Below are positions 14,453 to 24,019 of a DNA stretch of 32,000 nucleotides, piece after piece; within the stretch, counting starts at the first letter, position 1, and each line of letters starts with the position of its first letter. The stretch lies in the NCBI RefSeq assembly GCF_059727855.1, contig NZ_AP038814.1. The stretch is one strand, 5' to 3'. The notes below the pieces were generated by a model. The model was not told the DNA's origin, did not search any database, and saw only the letters and a program-made list of their open reading frames with translations. The translations under genes and the position numbers were made by a program.

Positions 14453-16381
14453 TTATTCCTCCAATTGTTTAAGACTGCGGCTGCGAATCTCTTGTTGCAG
14501 CTTCTCGATCACTTCATTTACGTCCATGCTTCCCAGGTCTTTACCACGGCGGGTGCGAACGGCAACTTTGCCAGATTCCACCTCTTTATCACCACAGACC
14601 AGCATATATGGGACGCGACGCAAAGTGTGCTCGCGGATTTTAAAGCCAATCTTCTCATTTCTCAAGTCTGCTTTAACACGAATGCCCGCATTTGATAGTT
14701 TTTGCGTCAATTCGTTAACGTAATCAGACTGTGAATCGGTAATATTCATGATAACAACCTGAACCGGCGCAAGCCAGGTCGGGAAGAAACCAGCGAATTC
14801 TTCGGTCAGGATACCGATGAAACGTTCCATCGACCCAAGAATTGCGCGGTGAATCATTACCGGTACCTTACGCTCGTTGTCTTCGCCCACATAGGAGGCG
14901 CTCAGACGAGACGGCAAGGAGAAGTCCAGCTGTACTGTACCGCACTGCCATGCACGATCGAGGCAGTCATACAGGGTAAATTCAATTTTCGGACCGTAGA
15001 AAGCGCCTTCACCCAGTTGATATTCAAACGGGATGTTGTTTTCTTCCAGCGCAACCGCCAGGTCCGCCTCAGCACGATCCCACATTTCGTCGCTGCCAAT
15101 ACGTTTTTCAGGACGAGTGGAGAGTTTGACGACGATCTTCTCGAAGCCAAAAGTGCTGTACATATCATAGACTAAACGGATACATCCGTTAACTTCATCG
15201 CGAATTTGTTCTTCAGTACAGAAGATATGCGCGTCATCCTGGGTAAAACCACGCACGCGCATCAGGCCATGCAGCGAACCTGACGGCTCGTTACGGTGGC
15301 AGCTACCAAACTCGGCCATACGCAGCGGCAGATCGCGATAAGACTTCAGCCCCTGGTTGAAAATTTGTACGTGACCCGGGCAGTTCATCGGCTTAATGCA
15401 GTATTCACGGTTCTCAGAAGACGTGGTGAACATTGCATCTTTGTAGTTGTCCCAGTGACCGGTTTTTTCCCACAGGACACGGTCCATCATGAACGGACCT
15501 TTAACTTCCTGATACTGGTACTCTTTCAGTTTAGAACGAACAAACACTTCCAGTTCACGGAAAATGGTCCAGCCGTCGTTGTGCCAGAATACCATACCCG
15601 GCGCTTCTTCCTGCATATGATACAGGTCGAGTTGTTTACCGATTTTACGGTGGTCGCGTTTCGCGGCTTCTTCCAGGCGCTGCAGGTAAGCGTTAAGTGC
15701 TTTTTTGTCTGCCCACGCCGTACCGTAAATACGTTGCAACATTTTGTTGTTGCTGTCGCCACGCCAGTAAGCCCCTGCCGTTTTCATTAGTTTGAAATGA
15801 TGGCAGAAACGCATGTTCGGTACGTGCGGACCGCGGCACATATCGACATATTCTTCATGGAAGTACAGACCTGGCTTGTCATCATGGGCGATGTTTTCGT
15901 CAAGAATGGAGACTTTGTAGCTCTCCCCACGGTTGGCGAAAGTTTCACGCGCTTCGTGCCAGCTGACTTTCTTCTTAATGACGTCGTAGTTTTTCTCAGC
16001 AAGCTCATGCATCCGCTTCTCGAGTGCTTCGACATCTTCCTGGGTTAACGTGCGGTCAAGATCAACGTCGTAATAAAAACCGTTGTCAATAACCGGGCCG
16101 ATTGCCATTTTGGTATGCGGCCAAAGTTGTTTAATCGCGTGCCCTAACAGGTGCGCACAGGAGTGACGAATGATCTCCAGACCTTCTTCGTCTTTCGCGG
16201 TAATGATCGACAGTTGTGCGTCGTTTTCAATCAGATCGCAAGCATCAACTAGTTCGCCATTAACGCGCCCTGCGATACAGGCTTTCGCCAGACCTGGACC
16301 AATGTCCAGCGCAACATCCATGGGGCTTACAGCGTGATCGTAATGGCGTTGGCTGCCATCAGGAAGAGTTATAACAGGCAT
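14453..16381 (-). CDS. thrS: Threonyl-tRNA synthetase
   Basis: 642 aa, [33 protein letters not shown]..., recognised as ThrRS. Confidence 0.97.
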
Positions 16382-16545
16382 TTTATATCCTTATTTGCAG
16401 TGGTGACCCACACGAAAGATCACATACAAAGAAAAATTTGTTTATTAACAGTTCATTGCGAAACCATCTAGCCAACAAATGCTAAATTGGTTCGCAATCA
16501 GGTACACAAATGAAAGACATTAACCTCTCACCTTCCACCCGGTTG
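16382..16545 (-). promoter_or_regulatory. thrS mRNA leader/operator (tRNA-Thr anticodon-arm mimics; translational autorepression)
   Basis: The - strand upstream of the ATG reads ...GTGATCTTTCGTGTGGGTCACCACTGCAAATAAGGATATAAAATG, matching the thrS operator as I remember it. The CGU triplet sits in a hairpin loop. The 5' boundary is approximate. Confidence 0.7.
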
Positions 16546-16903
16546 AGCGATGTTAACACTAAAAAAAGGGAGATTGTACCTTTCCGTTTCACATTGATTC
16601 GATTCGCAATTCGTTTGTAGTGAGTACACCAGCAAAACGCTTAAAGAACAACTGATAACATCACGGAGCGTCTGAAAGGTTTACTGCGAGCGGATTTACA
16701 GCAGCATAAACTGAATCCAGCAAAGTTCGTTGCATGATTTGGCGGTAGTATTTAAACGATCATGAGATTAATGACGAACTGGTCATATCACAATGATAAA
16801 AGTGACACAATTCTTATAGCAATTTTTCGTGCACATTTCGTTCTGGCGATAATAATTAATCATCATCCTCAAAATCTCCAGACATATATAAGGCGAATAG
16901 ATT

Positions 16904-18802
16904 ATGAGTCAAAACGATATCATTATCAGAACTCATTATAAGTCTCCTCATAGATTGCACATCGATAGCGACATACCAACGCCTTCATCAGAGCCTATTA
17001 ATCAATTTGCGCGCCAACTCATCACCCTACTTGATACCTCTGACTTAAGTTCGATGCTGTCATACTGTGTTACTCAGGAATTTACCGCAAACTGTCGAAA
17101 AATATCACAAAATTGTTATTCCACTGCCCTTTTTATCATTAACTTTGCCACTTCACCCATCCATGCAGAAAATATACTCATTACATTACACTATAAAAAA
17201 GAAATCATTCCCTTATTTCTGGAAACCACGCCTATTAAGGCTAACCATTTGCGAAGCATACTGGATTATATTGAACAGGAACAGTTAACTGCCGAAGATC
17301 GTAACCATTGTATGAAACTGTCTAAAAAAATCCATAGAGAAAAAACTATACAACCAACAGTAAATCTCAATGGTAGTGCATTTTTTTCGCAATCTCCTTC
17401 TGACGCTATTTTTTGTCGCCATCTGTCATTGCAATACGCCCTTGATTCATTGAGAAATGGAAAAGGCAAAGTCAACCTGATTAAACACTACTCCTCCGTT
17501 GAATCCATACAGCAGCATGTCCCCTTAGTCCGGGACGCGGAGTTCAGAGCATTACTTCGCCATCCTCCTGCAGGGAGTCGCGTTATCGCGAGTAAGGATT
17601 TTGGCTTCGCTTTAGATATTTTCTTTTGTCGAATGATGGCAAACAATGTCAGTCATATGTCCGCGATTTTATATATAGACAATCATACTTTGTCAGTAAG
17701 GCTACGAATAAAGCAGTCAGCGTATGGACAATTAAATTATGTTGTGTCTGTTTACGACCCGAACGATACCAACGTTGCCGTCAGAGGCACCCACAGGACA
17801 GCACAGGGCTTTCTCTCGCTTGATAAGTTCATCAGTTCAGGTCCCGATGCTCAGACTTGGGCTGATAGGTATGTTCGCAACTGTGCAATTGCTATTCTGC
17901 CCCTATTACCTGTGGGAGTTCCAGGGGCTATTTTCGCGGGTATTGCATCACGAATGCCATTTGCCCCTATACATCCATCGGCAATGTTGTTAATAATGGC
18001 CACAGGCCAGACTCAACAGCTTATTACATTATTCAAACAGTTGCCCATACTCCCTGAAAAAGAAATCATTAAAATAATAACTGCGCAGAATAACGTTGGT
18101 ACACCTGCTTTATTTCTGGCTATGATGAACGGACATACTGACAACGTAAAAATATTTATGCAAGAAATTCAGTCACTGATATACAATCATATCATTCATG
18201 AAGATAATCTGGTTAAATTACTGCAAACTAAAAGTGCTAACGAAACACCTGGGCTCTATATCTCCATGTTGTATGGGTTCGATGAAACAATCGATATCTT
18301 TCTGAATGCATTAACCACTCCAATAGCACAAGAGCTTTTAAATAAAAAAATAGTGATGGATATTTTAGCAATGAAAACACGTGATGGTGAACCAGGGTTG
18401 TTTGCTGCAATGGAAAATAATCACCCTTTGTGTGTCACACGGTTCCTCTCTAAAATTAATGGCATCGCCTTTAAATACAAGTTGAGCAAAGCTAACATCA
18501 TGGATTTATTAAAAGGCGCTACAGCACATGGAACCCCTGCATTATACATCGCCATGAGCAAGGGTAATGAAGACGTCGTGTTATCTTATATATCGACGCT
18601 GAATATTTTTGCAAAAAAATATTCTTTTAGTCAACGTCAGTTATTCACACTGTTGGCCGCTAAAAATCATGACAACATGTCAGCTGTTCATATAGCCATT
18701 CATCATAATCATTATAAAACTGTAGAAACATATTATGCTGCTATAAATGTAATCAGCCAAAGCCTGAGTTTTAGTGCTGATGAACTAAAGACGTATTTAT
18801 AA
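16904..18802 (+). CDS. arpB: Ankyrin-repeat protein ArpB, intact 632-codon frame (N-terminal ShET2-like region plus C-terminal ankyrin-like repeats)
   Basis: A single uninterrupted ORF in an AT-rich region. Five repeated G-T-P-A-L / x-P-G-L-[FY] ... A-M-x-x-G-[HN] units occur in aa ~390-615. The position between thrS and yniD matches K-12 arpB. Confidence 0.85.
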   Translation: MSQNDIIIRTHYKSPHRLHIDSDIPTPSSEPINQFARQLITLLDTSDLSSMLSYCVTQEFTANCRKISQNCYSTALFIINFATSPIHAENILITLHYKKEIIPLFLETTPIKANHLRSILDYIEQEQLTAEDRNHCMKLSKKIHREKTIQPTVNLNGSAFFSQSPSDAIFCRHLSLQYALDSLRNGKGKVNLIKHYSSVESIQQHVPLVRDAEFRALLRHPPAGSRVIASKDFGFALDIFFCRMMANNVSHMSAILYIDNHTLSVRLRIKQSAYGQLNYVVSVYDPNDTNVAVRGTHRTAQGFLSLDKFISSGPDAQTWADRYVRNCAIAILPLLPVGVPGAIFAGIASRMPFAPIHPSAMLLIMATGQTQQLITLFKQLPILPEKEIIKIITAQNNVGTPALFLAMMNGHTDNVKIFMQEIQSLIYNHIIHEDNLVKLLQTKSANETPGLYISMLYGFDETIDIFLNALTTPIAQELLNKKIVMDILAMKTRDGEPGLFAAMENNHPLCVTRFLSKINGIAFKYKLSKANIMDLLKGATAHGTPALYIAMSKGNEDVVLSYISTLNIFAKKYSFSQRQLFTLLAAKNHDNMSAVHIAIHHNHYKTVETYYAAINVISQSLSFSADELKTYL

Positions 18803-18974
18803 CCAACTATTTTCGATATATATGTTGATGCATAATATTATTTTTTCATAAAACGCAGAAACAGTGACCAGGTGTACAACGCCACCCAACGGCTGTAATA
18901 ACAAAAAATCCCTTGATGCCCGTCCCTTTTGTTACACTCCGTTATCACGCACAAGAGATATGCAGGACACTGGT

Positions 18975-19082
18975 ATGCCGACTAAACGCTTTGATAAAAA
19001 ACACTGGAAGATGGTGGTGGTGCTACTGGCAATCTGTGGCGCTATGTTGTTGCTACGTTGGGCAGCAATGATTTGGGGCTGA
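18975..19082 (+). CDS. yniD: Small membrane protein YniD (35 aa)
   Basis: ORF 18864-19082 trimmed to MPTKRFDKKHWKMVVVLLAICGAMLLLRWAAMIWG. It has a single hydrophobic helix and is recognised as the K-12 small protein YniD. The Shine-Dalgarno sequence is weak. Confidence 0.7.
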   Translation: MPTKRFDKKHWKMVVVLLAICGAMLLLRWAAMIWG

Positions 19083-19134
19083 GCAGTGACAAACGAAGAC
19101 AGCCAGACCGCATAACACGGTCCGGCAGATAATT

Positions 19135-19893
19135 TTACATGCTGTAGCCCAGCGATAAGGTTGTCCGACGGTCGGTATGTTCCGGTGCAGACTCTGGAGG
19201 TTCAGAGTTCCATGTAACGTTGTAAGCCACCTTCAGTCCAAAATGTTCATTAATAGCAACATTTAATGCGCTTTCGGAGTTCAGCGTTGTGTCTTCCGCG
19301 CCAAAGACCGAAACACCCTGCGTAAATTTAGCGTTGTCAGTCAACTGCCATGCATAAGCCCCGGAGGCATAGCCCAGCGGCTGGGTTTCACTGGCATTGT
19401 CAGTATATTTGTCGTAACGCACACCTGGGCCGAATTCAAAGCGGAAACTGTGTACCGGACCATTCAAAAACTGGCGACCATAACCCGCGGTCAACACATC
19501 GCGCTCTCGATAGCCGTTATAACGGTCTGTCAGCCAACTTGCCTGACCAAATAAATAGTCATAATCAGTTAAATTAAAACGGCTACGCCCGCCCGCCGCA
19601 TATTTTTCTGAAGAACGCTCATCATTAGAAGAAGTATTACTGGCGTTCCCCCACAGCGACCAGGCAGTGGTTTGTCCATACCAGGTCATGGTGGTGTCAG
19701 CCGTAAGTGAGGAGCTTTTCGTATTGCCTGATTGTGCAAGATATCCTGCGTTCAGATTACCTTCGAAAGGTTTTTTAGCGCTGGCAGGATCGTCCATGAC
19801 AGTAAAAACGGAATCATCGGCAGCTGCATTCAGTGACGCAAACATGCCCCCCGCCAACATAACGATGGCAGGAACTGTCTTCAAAAGCTTCAT
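19135..19893 (-). CDS. ydiY: Outer-membrane beta-barrel protein, DUF481/YdiY family (acid-inducible)
   Basis: 252 aa with signal peptide MKLLKTVPAIVMLAGGMFASLNAAA, alternating beta-strand pattern and a C-terminal ...LSLGYSM. Confidence 0.9.
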   Translation of the reverse strand: MKLLKTVPAIVMLAGGMFASLNAAADDSVFTVMDDPASAKKPFEGNLNAGYLAQSGNTKSSSLTADTTMTWYGQTTAWSLWGNASNTSSNDERSSEKYAAGGRSRFNLTDYDYLFGQASWLTDRYNGYRERDVLTAGYGRQFLNGPVHSFRFEFGPGVRYDKYTDNASETQPLGYASGAYAWQLTDNAKFTQGVSVFGAEDTTLNSESALNVAINEHFGLKVAYNVTWNSEPPESAPEHTDRRTTLSLGYSM

Positions 19894-20179
19894 TTATCAA
19901 GAGTCCGTACAACAAAAAAAGAGACCATCGCGGTCCCGGAAACTTTCTTAAGGATCAAAGATTAGCGTCCCTGGAAAGGTAACGAATTATAAAAAGGCGC
20001 GAATAACTTAGCAATGTATTCTTATTTCATTTTTTGAATAAGCATGTGGCGAAAACAGATTTTTATTTATATATATTTATCTGCAAAATTTTAAATAAAG
20101 CTCCAATAAATCATATTGTTAATTTCTTCACTTTCCGCTGATTCGGTGCCAGACTGAAATTAGCCTATAGGAGGAAATG

Positions 20180-21109
20180 ATGGTACGTATCTATACGTTG
20201 ACACTTGCGCCCTCTCTCGATAGCGCAACAATTACCCCGCAAATTTATCCCGAAGGAAAACTGCGCTGTACCGCACCGGTGTTCGAACCCGGGGGCGGCG
20301 GCATCAACGTCGCCCGCGCCATTGCCCATCTTGGAGGCACTGCCACAGCGATCTTCCCGGCGGGTGGCGCGACCGGCGAACATCTGGTTTCACTGTTGGC
20401 GGATGAAAATGTCCCCGTCGCTACTGTAGAAGCCAAAGACTGGACCCGGCAGAATTTACATGTACATGTGGAAGCAAGCGGTGAGCAGTATCGTTTTGTT
20501 ATGCCAGGCGCGGCATTAAATGAAGATGAGTTTCGCCAGCTTGAAGAGCAAGTTCTGGAAATTGAATCCGGGGCCATCCTGGTCATAAGCGGAAGCCTGC
20601 CGCCAGGTGTGAAGCTGGAAAAATTAACCCAACTGATTTCCGCTGCGCAAAAACAAGGGATCCGCTGCATCGTCGACAGTTCTGGCGAAGCGTTAAGTGC
20701 AGCACTGGCAATTGGTAACATCGAGTTGGTTAAGCCTAACCAAAAAGAACTCAGTGCGCTGGTGAATCGCGAACTCACCCAGCCGGACGATGTCCGCAAA
20801 GCCGCGCAGGAAATCGTTAATAGCGGCAAGGCCAAACGGGTTGTCGTTTCCCTGGGTCCACAAGGAGCGCTGGGTGTTGATAGTGAAAACTGTATTCAGG
20901 TGGTGCCACCACCGGTGAAAAGCCAGAGTACCGTTGGCGCTGGTGACAGCATGGTCGGCGCGATGACACTGAAACTGGCAGAAAATGCCTCTCTTGAAGA
21001 GATGGTTCGTTTTGGCGTAGCTGCGGGGAGTGCAGCCACACTCAATCAGGGAACACGTCTGTGCTCCCATGACGATACGCAAAAAATTTACGCTTACCTT
21101 TCCCGCTAA
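20180..21109 (+). CDS. pfkB: 6-phosphofructokinase II (PfkB/ribokinase family)
   Basis: ORF 20177-21109. I took the second ATG (MVRIYTLTLAPSLD...), giving 309 aa. SD TAGGAGGAA lies upstream, and the PfkB signature GAGDSMVGA is present. Confidence 0.94.
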   Translation: MVRIYTLTLAPSLDSATITPQIYPEGKLRCTAPVFEPGGGGINVARAIAHLGGTATAIFPAGGATGEHLVSLLADENVPVATVEAKDWTRQNLHVHVEASGEQYRFVMPGAALNEDEFRQLEEQVLEIESGAILVISGSLPPGVKLEKLTQLISAAQKQGIRCIVDSSGEALSAALAIGNIELVKPNQKELSALVNRELTQPDDVRKAAQEIVNSGKAKRVVVSLGPQGALGVDSENCIQVVPPPVKSQSTVGAGDSMVGAMTLKLAENASLEEMVRFGVAAGSAATLNQGTRLCSHDDTQKIYAYLSR

Positions 21110-21116
21110 CAAAAAC

Positions 21117-21138
21117 ATTCCCCCAGCATTGGGGGAAT
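21117..21138 (+). terminator. Hairpin just after pfkB (possible terminator, no U-run)
   Basis: ATTCCCCC agcatt GGGGGAAT lies 8 nt after the pfkB stop. It is followed by CACCACC, so it may be a weak or factor-dependent terminator. Confidence 0.35.
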
Positions 21139-21208
21139 CACCACCAACTGTCGGCAACGCGTTTCTCCGACTATGCTCAAAAGTCATGTGATAACAAAGG
21201 GGTGAACT

Positions 21209-21499
21209 ATGGCCAGTGGCGATCTTGTCCGTTATGTCATAACCGTCATGTTGCATGAGGATACATTGACTGAAATTAACGAGTTGAATAATTACCTGAC
21301 TCGCGACGTTTTTTTGCTCACCATGACGGATGATAAGGGAAATATCCATGAGCTGGGGACTAACACTTTTGGACTTATCAGTACCCAAAGTGAAGAAGAA
21401 ATTAGAGAACTGGTTTCGGGGCTTACCCAAAGTGCAACCGGCAAAGATCCTGAAATCACCATCACGACCTGGGAGGAATGGAATAGCAACAGAAAATAA
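21209..21499 (+). CDS. ydiZ: Uncharacterised small protein YdiZ (DUF2766)
   Basis: 96-aa ORF recognised by sequence and position after pfkB. SD AAGGGG lies upstream. Confidence 0.85.
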   Translation: MASGDLVRYVITVMLHEDTLTEINELNNYLTRDVFLLTMTDDKGNIHELGTNTFGLISTQSEEEIRELVSGLTQSATGKDPEITITTWEEWNSNRK

Positions 21500-21604
21500 A
21501 TGGTTTTTGGGCAATAATCAGTCTGTGGTGTGCGTTAGCTCGTGTTTTTACACCGCATTCTTGCGCTAACCTTATGATCTGGCAGACAACATGGGAGAGA
21601 CATC

Positions 21605-22465
21605 ATGTGGCAGGCAATCAGTCGTCTTTTGAGCGAGCAGTTAGGTGAAGGCGAAATCGAACTGCGTAATGAACTGCCTGGCGGAGAAGTCCATGCCGCA
21701 TGGCATTTGCGCTATGCAGGACATGACTTTTTCGTCAAATGTGATGAAAGGGAACTGCTTCCCGGTTTTACCGCCGAAGCCGACCAACTGGAGTTACTGT
21801 CGCGTAGTAAAACCGTCACCGTGCCTAAGGTTTGGGCAGTTGGCGCCGACCGTGACTACAGTTTTCTGGTGATGGATTATCTCCCACCTCGTCCGCTGGA
21901 TGCGCATAGCGCATTTATTCTTGGTCAGCAAATTGCGCGTTTACACCAATGGAGCGACCAACCACAATTTGGACTCGATTTCGATAACGCGCTCTCCACA
22001 ACTCCACAGCCCAACACCTGGCAACGTCGCTGGTCAACGTTTTTTGCTGAACAACGGATTGGCTGGCAGTTGGAACTGGCAGCAGAGAAAGGGATCGCTT
22101 TCGGCAATATCGACGCCATCGTCGAGCATATTCAGCAGCGTCTGGCCTCGCATCAACCGCAGCCTTCTCTGTTGCACGGCGATTTATGGTCCGGCAACTG
22201 TGCGCTGGGTCCGGATGGCCCGTACATTTTCGACCCGGCCTGCTACTGGGGTGACCGAGAGTGCGACCTGGCGATGTTACCGCTGCATACTGAACAGCCG
22301 CCACAAATCTATGACGGCTATCAGTCAGTATCCCCGCTACCTGCCGATTTCCTTGAACGTCAACCGGTTTACCAACTCTACACGCTGTTAAATCGTGCAA
22401 GGTTATTTGGCGGTCAGCATTTGGTTATTGCTCAGCAGTCATTGGATAGATTATTAGCAGCATGA
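21605..22465 (+). CDS. yniA: Fructosamine/ketosamine-3-kinase family protein
   Basis: 286 aa with the FN3K-family catalytic motif LLHGDLWSGN and the downstream DPA..YWGDRE. Confidence 0.9.
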   Translation: MWQAISRLLSEQLGEGEIELRNELPGGEVHAAWHLRYAGHDFFVKCDERELLPGFTAEADQLELLSRSKTVTVPKVWAVGADRDYSFLVMDYLPPRPLDAHSAFILGQQIARLHQWSDQPQFGLDFDNALSTTPQPNTWQRRWSTFFAEQRIGWQLELAAEKGIAFGNIDAIVEHIQQRLASHQPQPSLLHGDLWSGNCALGPDGPYIFDPACYWGDRECDLAMLPLHTEQPPQIYDGYQSVSPLPADFLERQPVYQLYTLLNRARLFGGQHLVIAQQSLDRLLAA

Positions 22466-22482
22466 TATGGGTTGAGGATAAT

Positions 22483-22503
22483 GGCCGCTCCGTGCGGCCT
22501 TTT
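22483..22503 (+). terminator. yniA intrinsic terminator, overlapping the approach to the convergent yniB stop
   Basis: GGCCGC tccgt GCGGCC followed by TTTTGA, 18 nt after the yniA stop. Confidence 0.65.
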
Positions 22504-22505
22504 GA

Positions 22506-23042
22506 TTAAATAAACCCAAGCAGAGAAAAGAACACATAACCTGCAGCAATACAAATAACCGGCAGGATATACAGTGAGAAAAACTGCAGGAAAATAGTAT
22601 GGTGCGGAACAACAATACGGGACTCAATTTGTTCACGCGTTAGCCCCTCTTCCCCTTTGGCTTTTTCCAGAATGAGTTGATCTTCAACACCTTCCCGCAA
22701 GAAGCGCGCCTGGCGACTCATCCGGGCACCGGAATCCTGCAACGCCAGTCCGACAAAAATCAGGATGAAAATCACCCAGAACATAACGTTCACGCCACCA
22801 TTAAAATTGGGCGTCGGGGAGTTATACCAGAATAGATTCAAAAAAGGCGTATTCGCCTGCATCATATCGATCATGACATGAGTAAAGTCGAGCATGACCG
22901 CATTAATGCCTTCCTGGTTTTCCTGCCGGGTATTCATAAATTTCAGCAAAGAAATCAATGTAGAGATCAATGCAGGTATAAAAATCACCCAACCCAAAAT
23001 CCTTTTCAAAACAGCAATGCGTCCAGCTTGTTGATACGTCAT
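22506..23042 (-). CDS. yniB: Inner-membrane protein YniB (function unknown)
   Basis: 178 aa with several hydrophobic segments (WVIFIPALISTLISLL, VMFWVIFILIFVGLAL, LYILPVICIAAGYVFFSLLGFI). Confidence 0.88.
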   Translation of the reverse strand: MTYQQAGRIAVLKRILGWVIFIPALISTLISLLKFMNTRQENQEGINAVMLDFTHVMIDMMQANTPFLNLFWYNSPTPNFNGGVNVMFWVIFILIFVGLALQDSGARMSRQARFLREGVEDQLILEKAKGEEGLTREQIESRIVVPHHTIFLQFFSLYILPVICIAAGYVFFSLLGFI

Positions 23043-23188
23043 GAGTTCTCCTTGATTAAGACGCGTCGTTTCACTTAGTTTACCTGTAGATATCTGTTTT
23101 CGCCCATTCTTTAAAGGCGATATGATAGGCGCTTAATCATAAGCACGGCTTAATACCTTACACATAATGCTCTAAAGGAGAGGTTGTA

Positions 23189-23857
23189 ATGTCAACCCCG
23201 CGTCAGATTCTTGCTGCAATTTTTGATATGGATGGATTACTTATCGACTCAGAACCTTTATGGGATCGAGCCGAACTGGATGTGATGGCAAGCCTGGGGG
23301 TGGATATCTCCCGTCGTAACGAGCTGCCGGACACCTTAGGTTTACGCATCGATATGGTGGTCGATCTTTGGTACGCCCGGCAACCGTGGAATGGGCCAAG
23401 CCGTCAAGAAGTAGTAGAACGGGTTATTGCCCGTGCCATTTCACTGGTTGAAGAGACACGTCCATTATTACCAGGCGTGCGCGAAGCCGTTGCGTTATGC
23501 AAAGAACAAGGTTTATTGGTGGGACTGGCCTCCGCGTCACCACTACATATGCTGGAAAAAGTGTTGACCATGTTTGACTTACGCGACAGTTTCGATGCCC
23601 TCGCCTCGGCCGAAAAACTGCCTTACAGCAAGCCGCATCCGCAAGTATATCTCGACTGCGCAGCAAAACTGGGCGTTGACCCACTGACCTGCGTAGCGCT
23701 GGAGGATTCGGTAAATGGCATGATCGCCTCTAAAGCAGCCCGCATGCGTTCCATCGTTGTTCCTGCGCCAGAAGCGCAAAATGATCCACGTTTTGTATTA
23801 GCAAACGTCAAACTCTCATCGCTGACAGAACTCACCGCAAAAGACCTTCTCGGTTAA
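23189..23857 (+). CDS. hxpB: HAD-superfamily hexitol/2-deoxyglucose-6-phosphate phosphatase
   Basis: 222 aa with HAD motif I, IFDMDGLLIDSE. Recognised as YniC/HxpB. Confidence 0.92.
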   Translation: MSTPRQILAAIFDMDGLLIDSEPLWDRAELDVMASLGVDISRRNELPDTLGLRIDMVVDLWYARQPWNGPSRQEVVERVIARAISLVEETRPLLPGVREAVALCKEQGLLVGLASASPLHMLEKVLTMFDLRDSFDALASAEKLPYSKPHPQVYLDCAAKLGVDPLTCVALEDSVNGMIASKAARMRSIVVPAPEAQNDPRFVLANVKLSSLTELTAKDLLG

Positions 23858-23860
23858 TGA

Positions 23861-23896
23861 CCAGGGGCAGTGATCTCGCTGCCCCTGGTTCTTTAT
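23861..23896 (+). terminator. hxpB intrinsic terminator
   Basis: Perfect 10-bp stem CCAGGGGCAG / CTGCCCCTGG followed by TTCTTTATCT. It starts 4 nt after the stop. Confidence 0.8.
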
Positions 23897-23967
23897 CTGA
23901 ATTTGCATTCAACTGACGGATTAATCGTCAATTTAAGAGAAAGAGTTACACCGTCACCACTTCCGTG

Positions 23968-24005
23968 CACTGTATAAAAATCCTATACTGTACGTATCGA
24001 CAGTT
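23968..24005 (+). promoter_or_regulatory. Two overlapping LexA (SOS) boxes upstream of ydjM
   Basis: CACTGTATAAAAATCCTATA (23968-23987) and TACTGTACGTATCGACAGTT (23986-24005). The second fits CTG-N10-CAG perfectly. They end 15 nt before the ydjM ATG. Confidence 0.85.
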
Positions 24006-24019
24006 TAGTGAGTTTTATC

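Noticed and set aside
16596-16613. Short direct repeats GATTC-GATTC-GCAATTCG in the thrS upstream region
   Set aside because: They are too short to distinguish from chance, and I can assign no known binding-site consensus.
20693-21514. 273-aa - strand ORF spanning the pfkB 3' end, the intergenic spacer and all of ydiZ (also 20245-20835, 196 aa)
   Set aside because: The length is striking, but the translation has no recognisable motif. It lacks a Shine-Dalgarno sequence, and its start sits inside the ydiZ-yniA spacer. The + strand genes are well supported. It is worth a glance in Ribo-seq data, but I do not call it.
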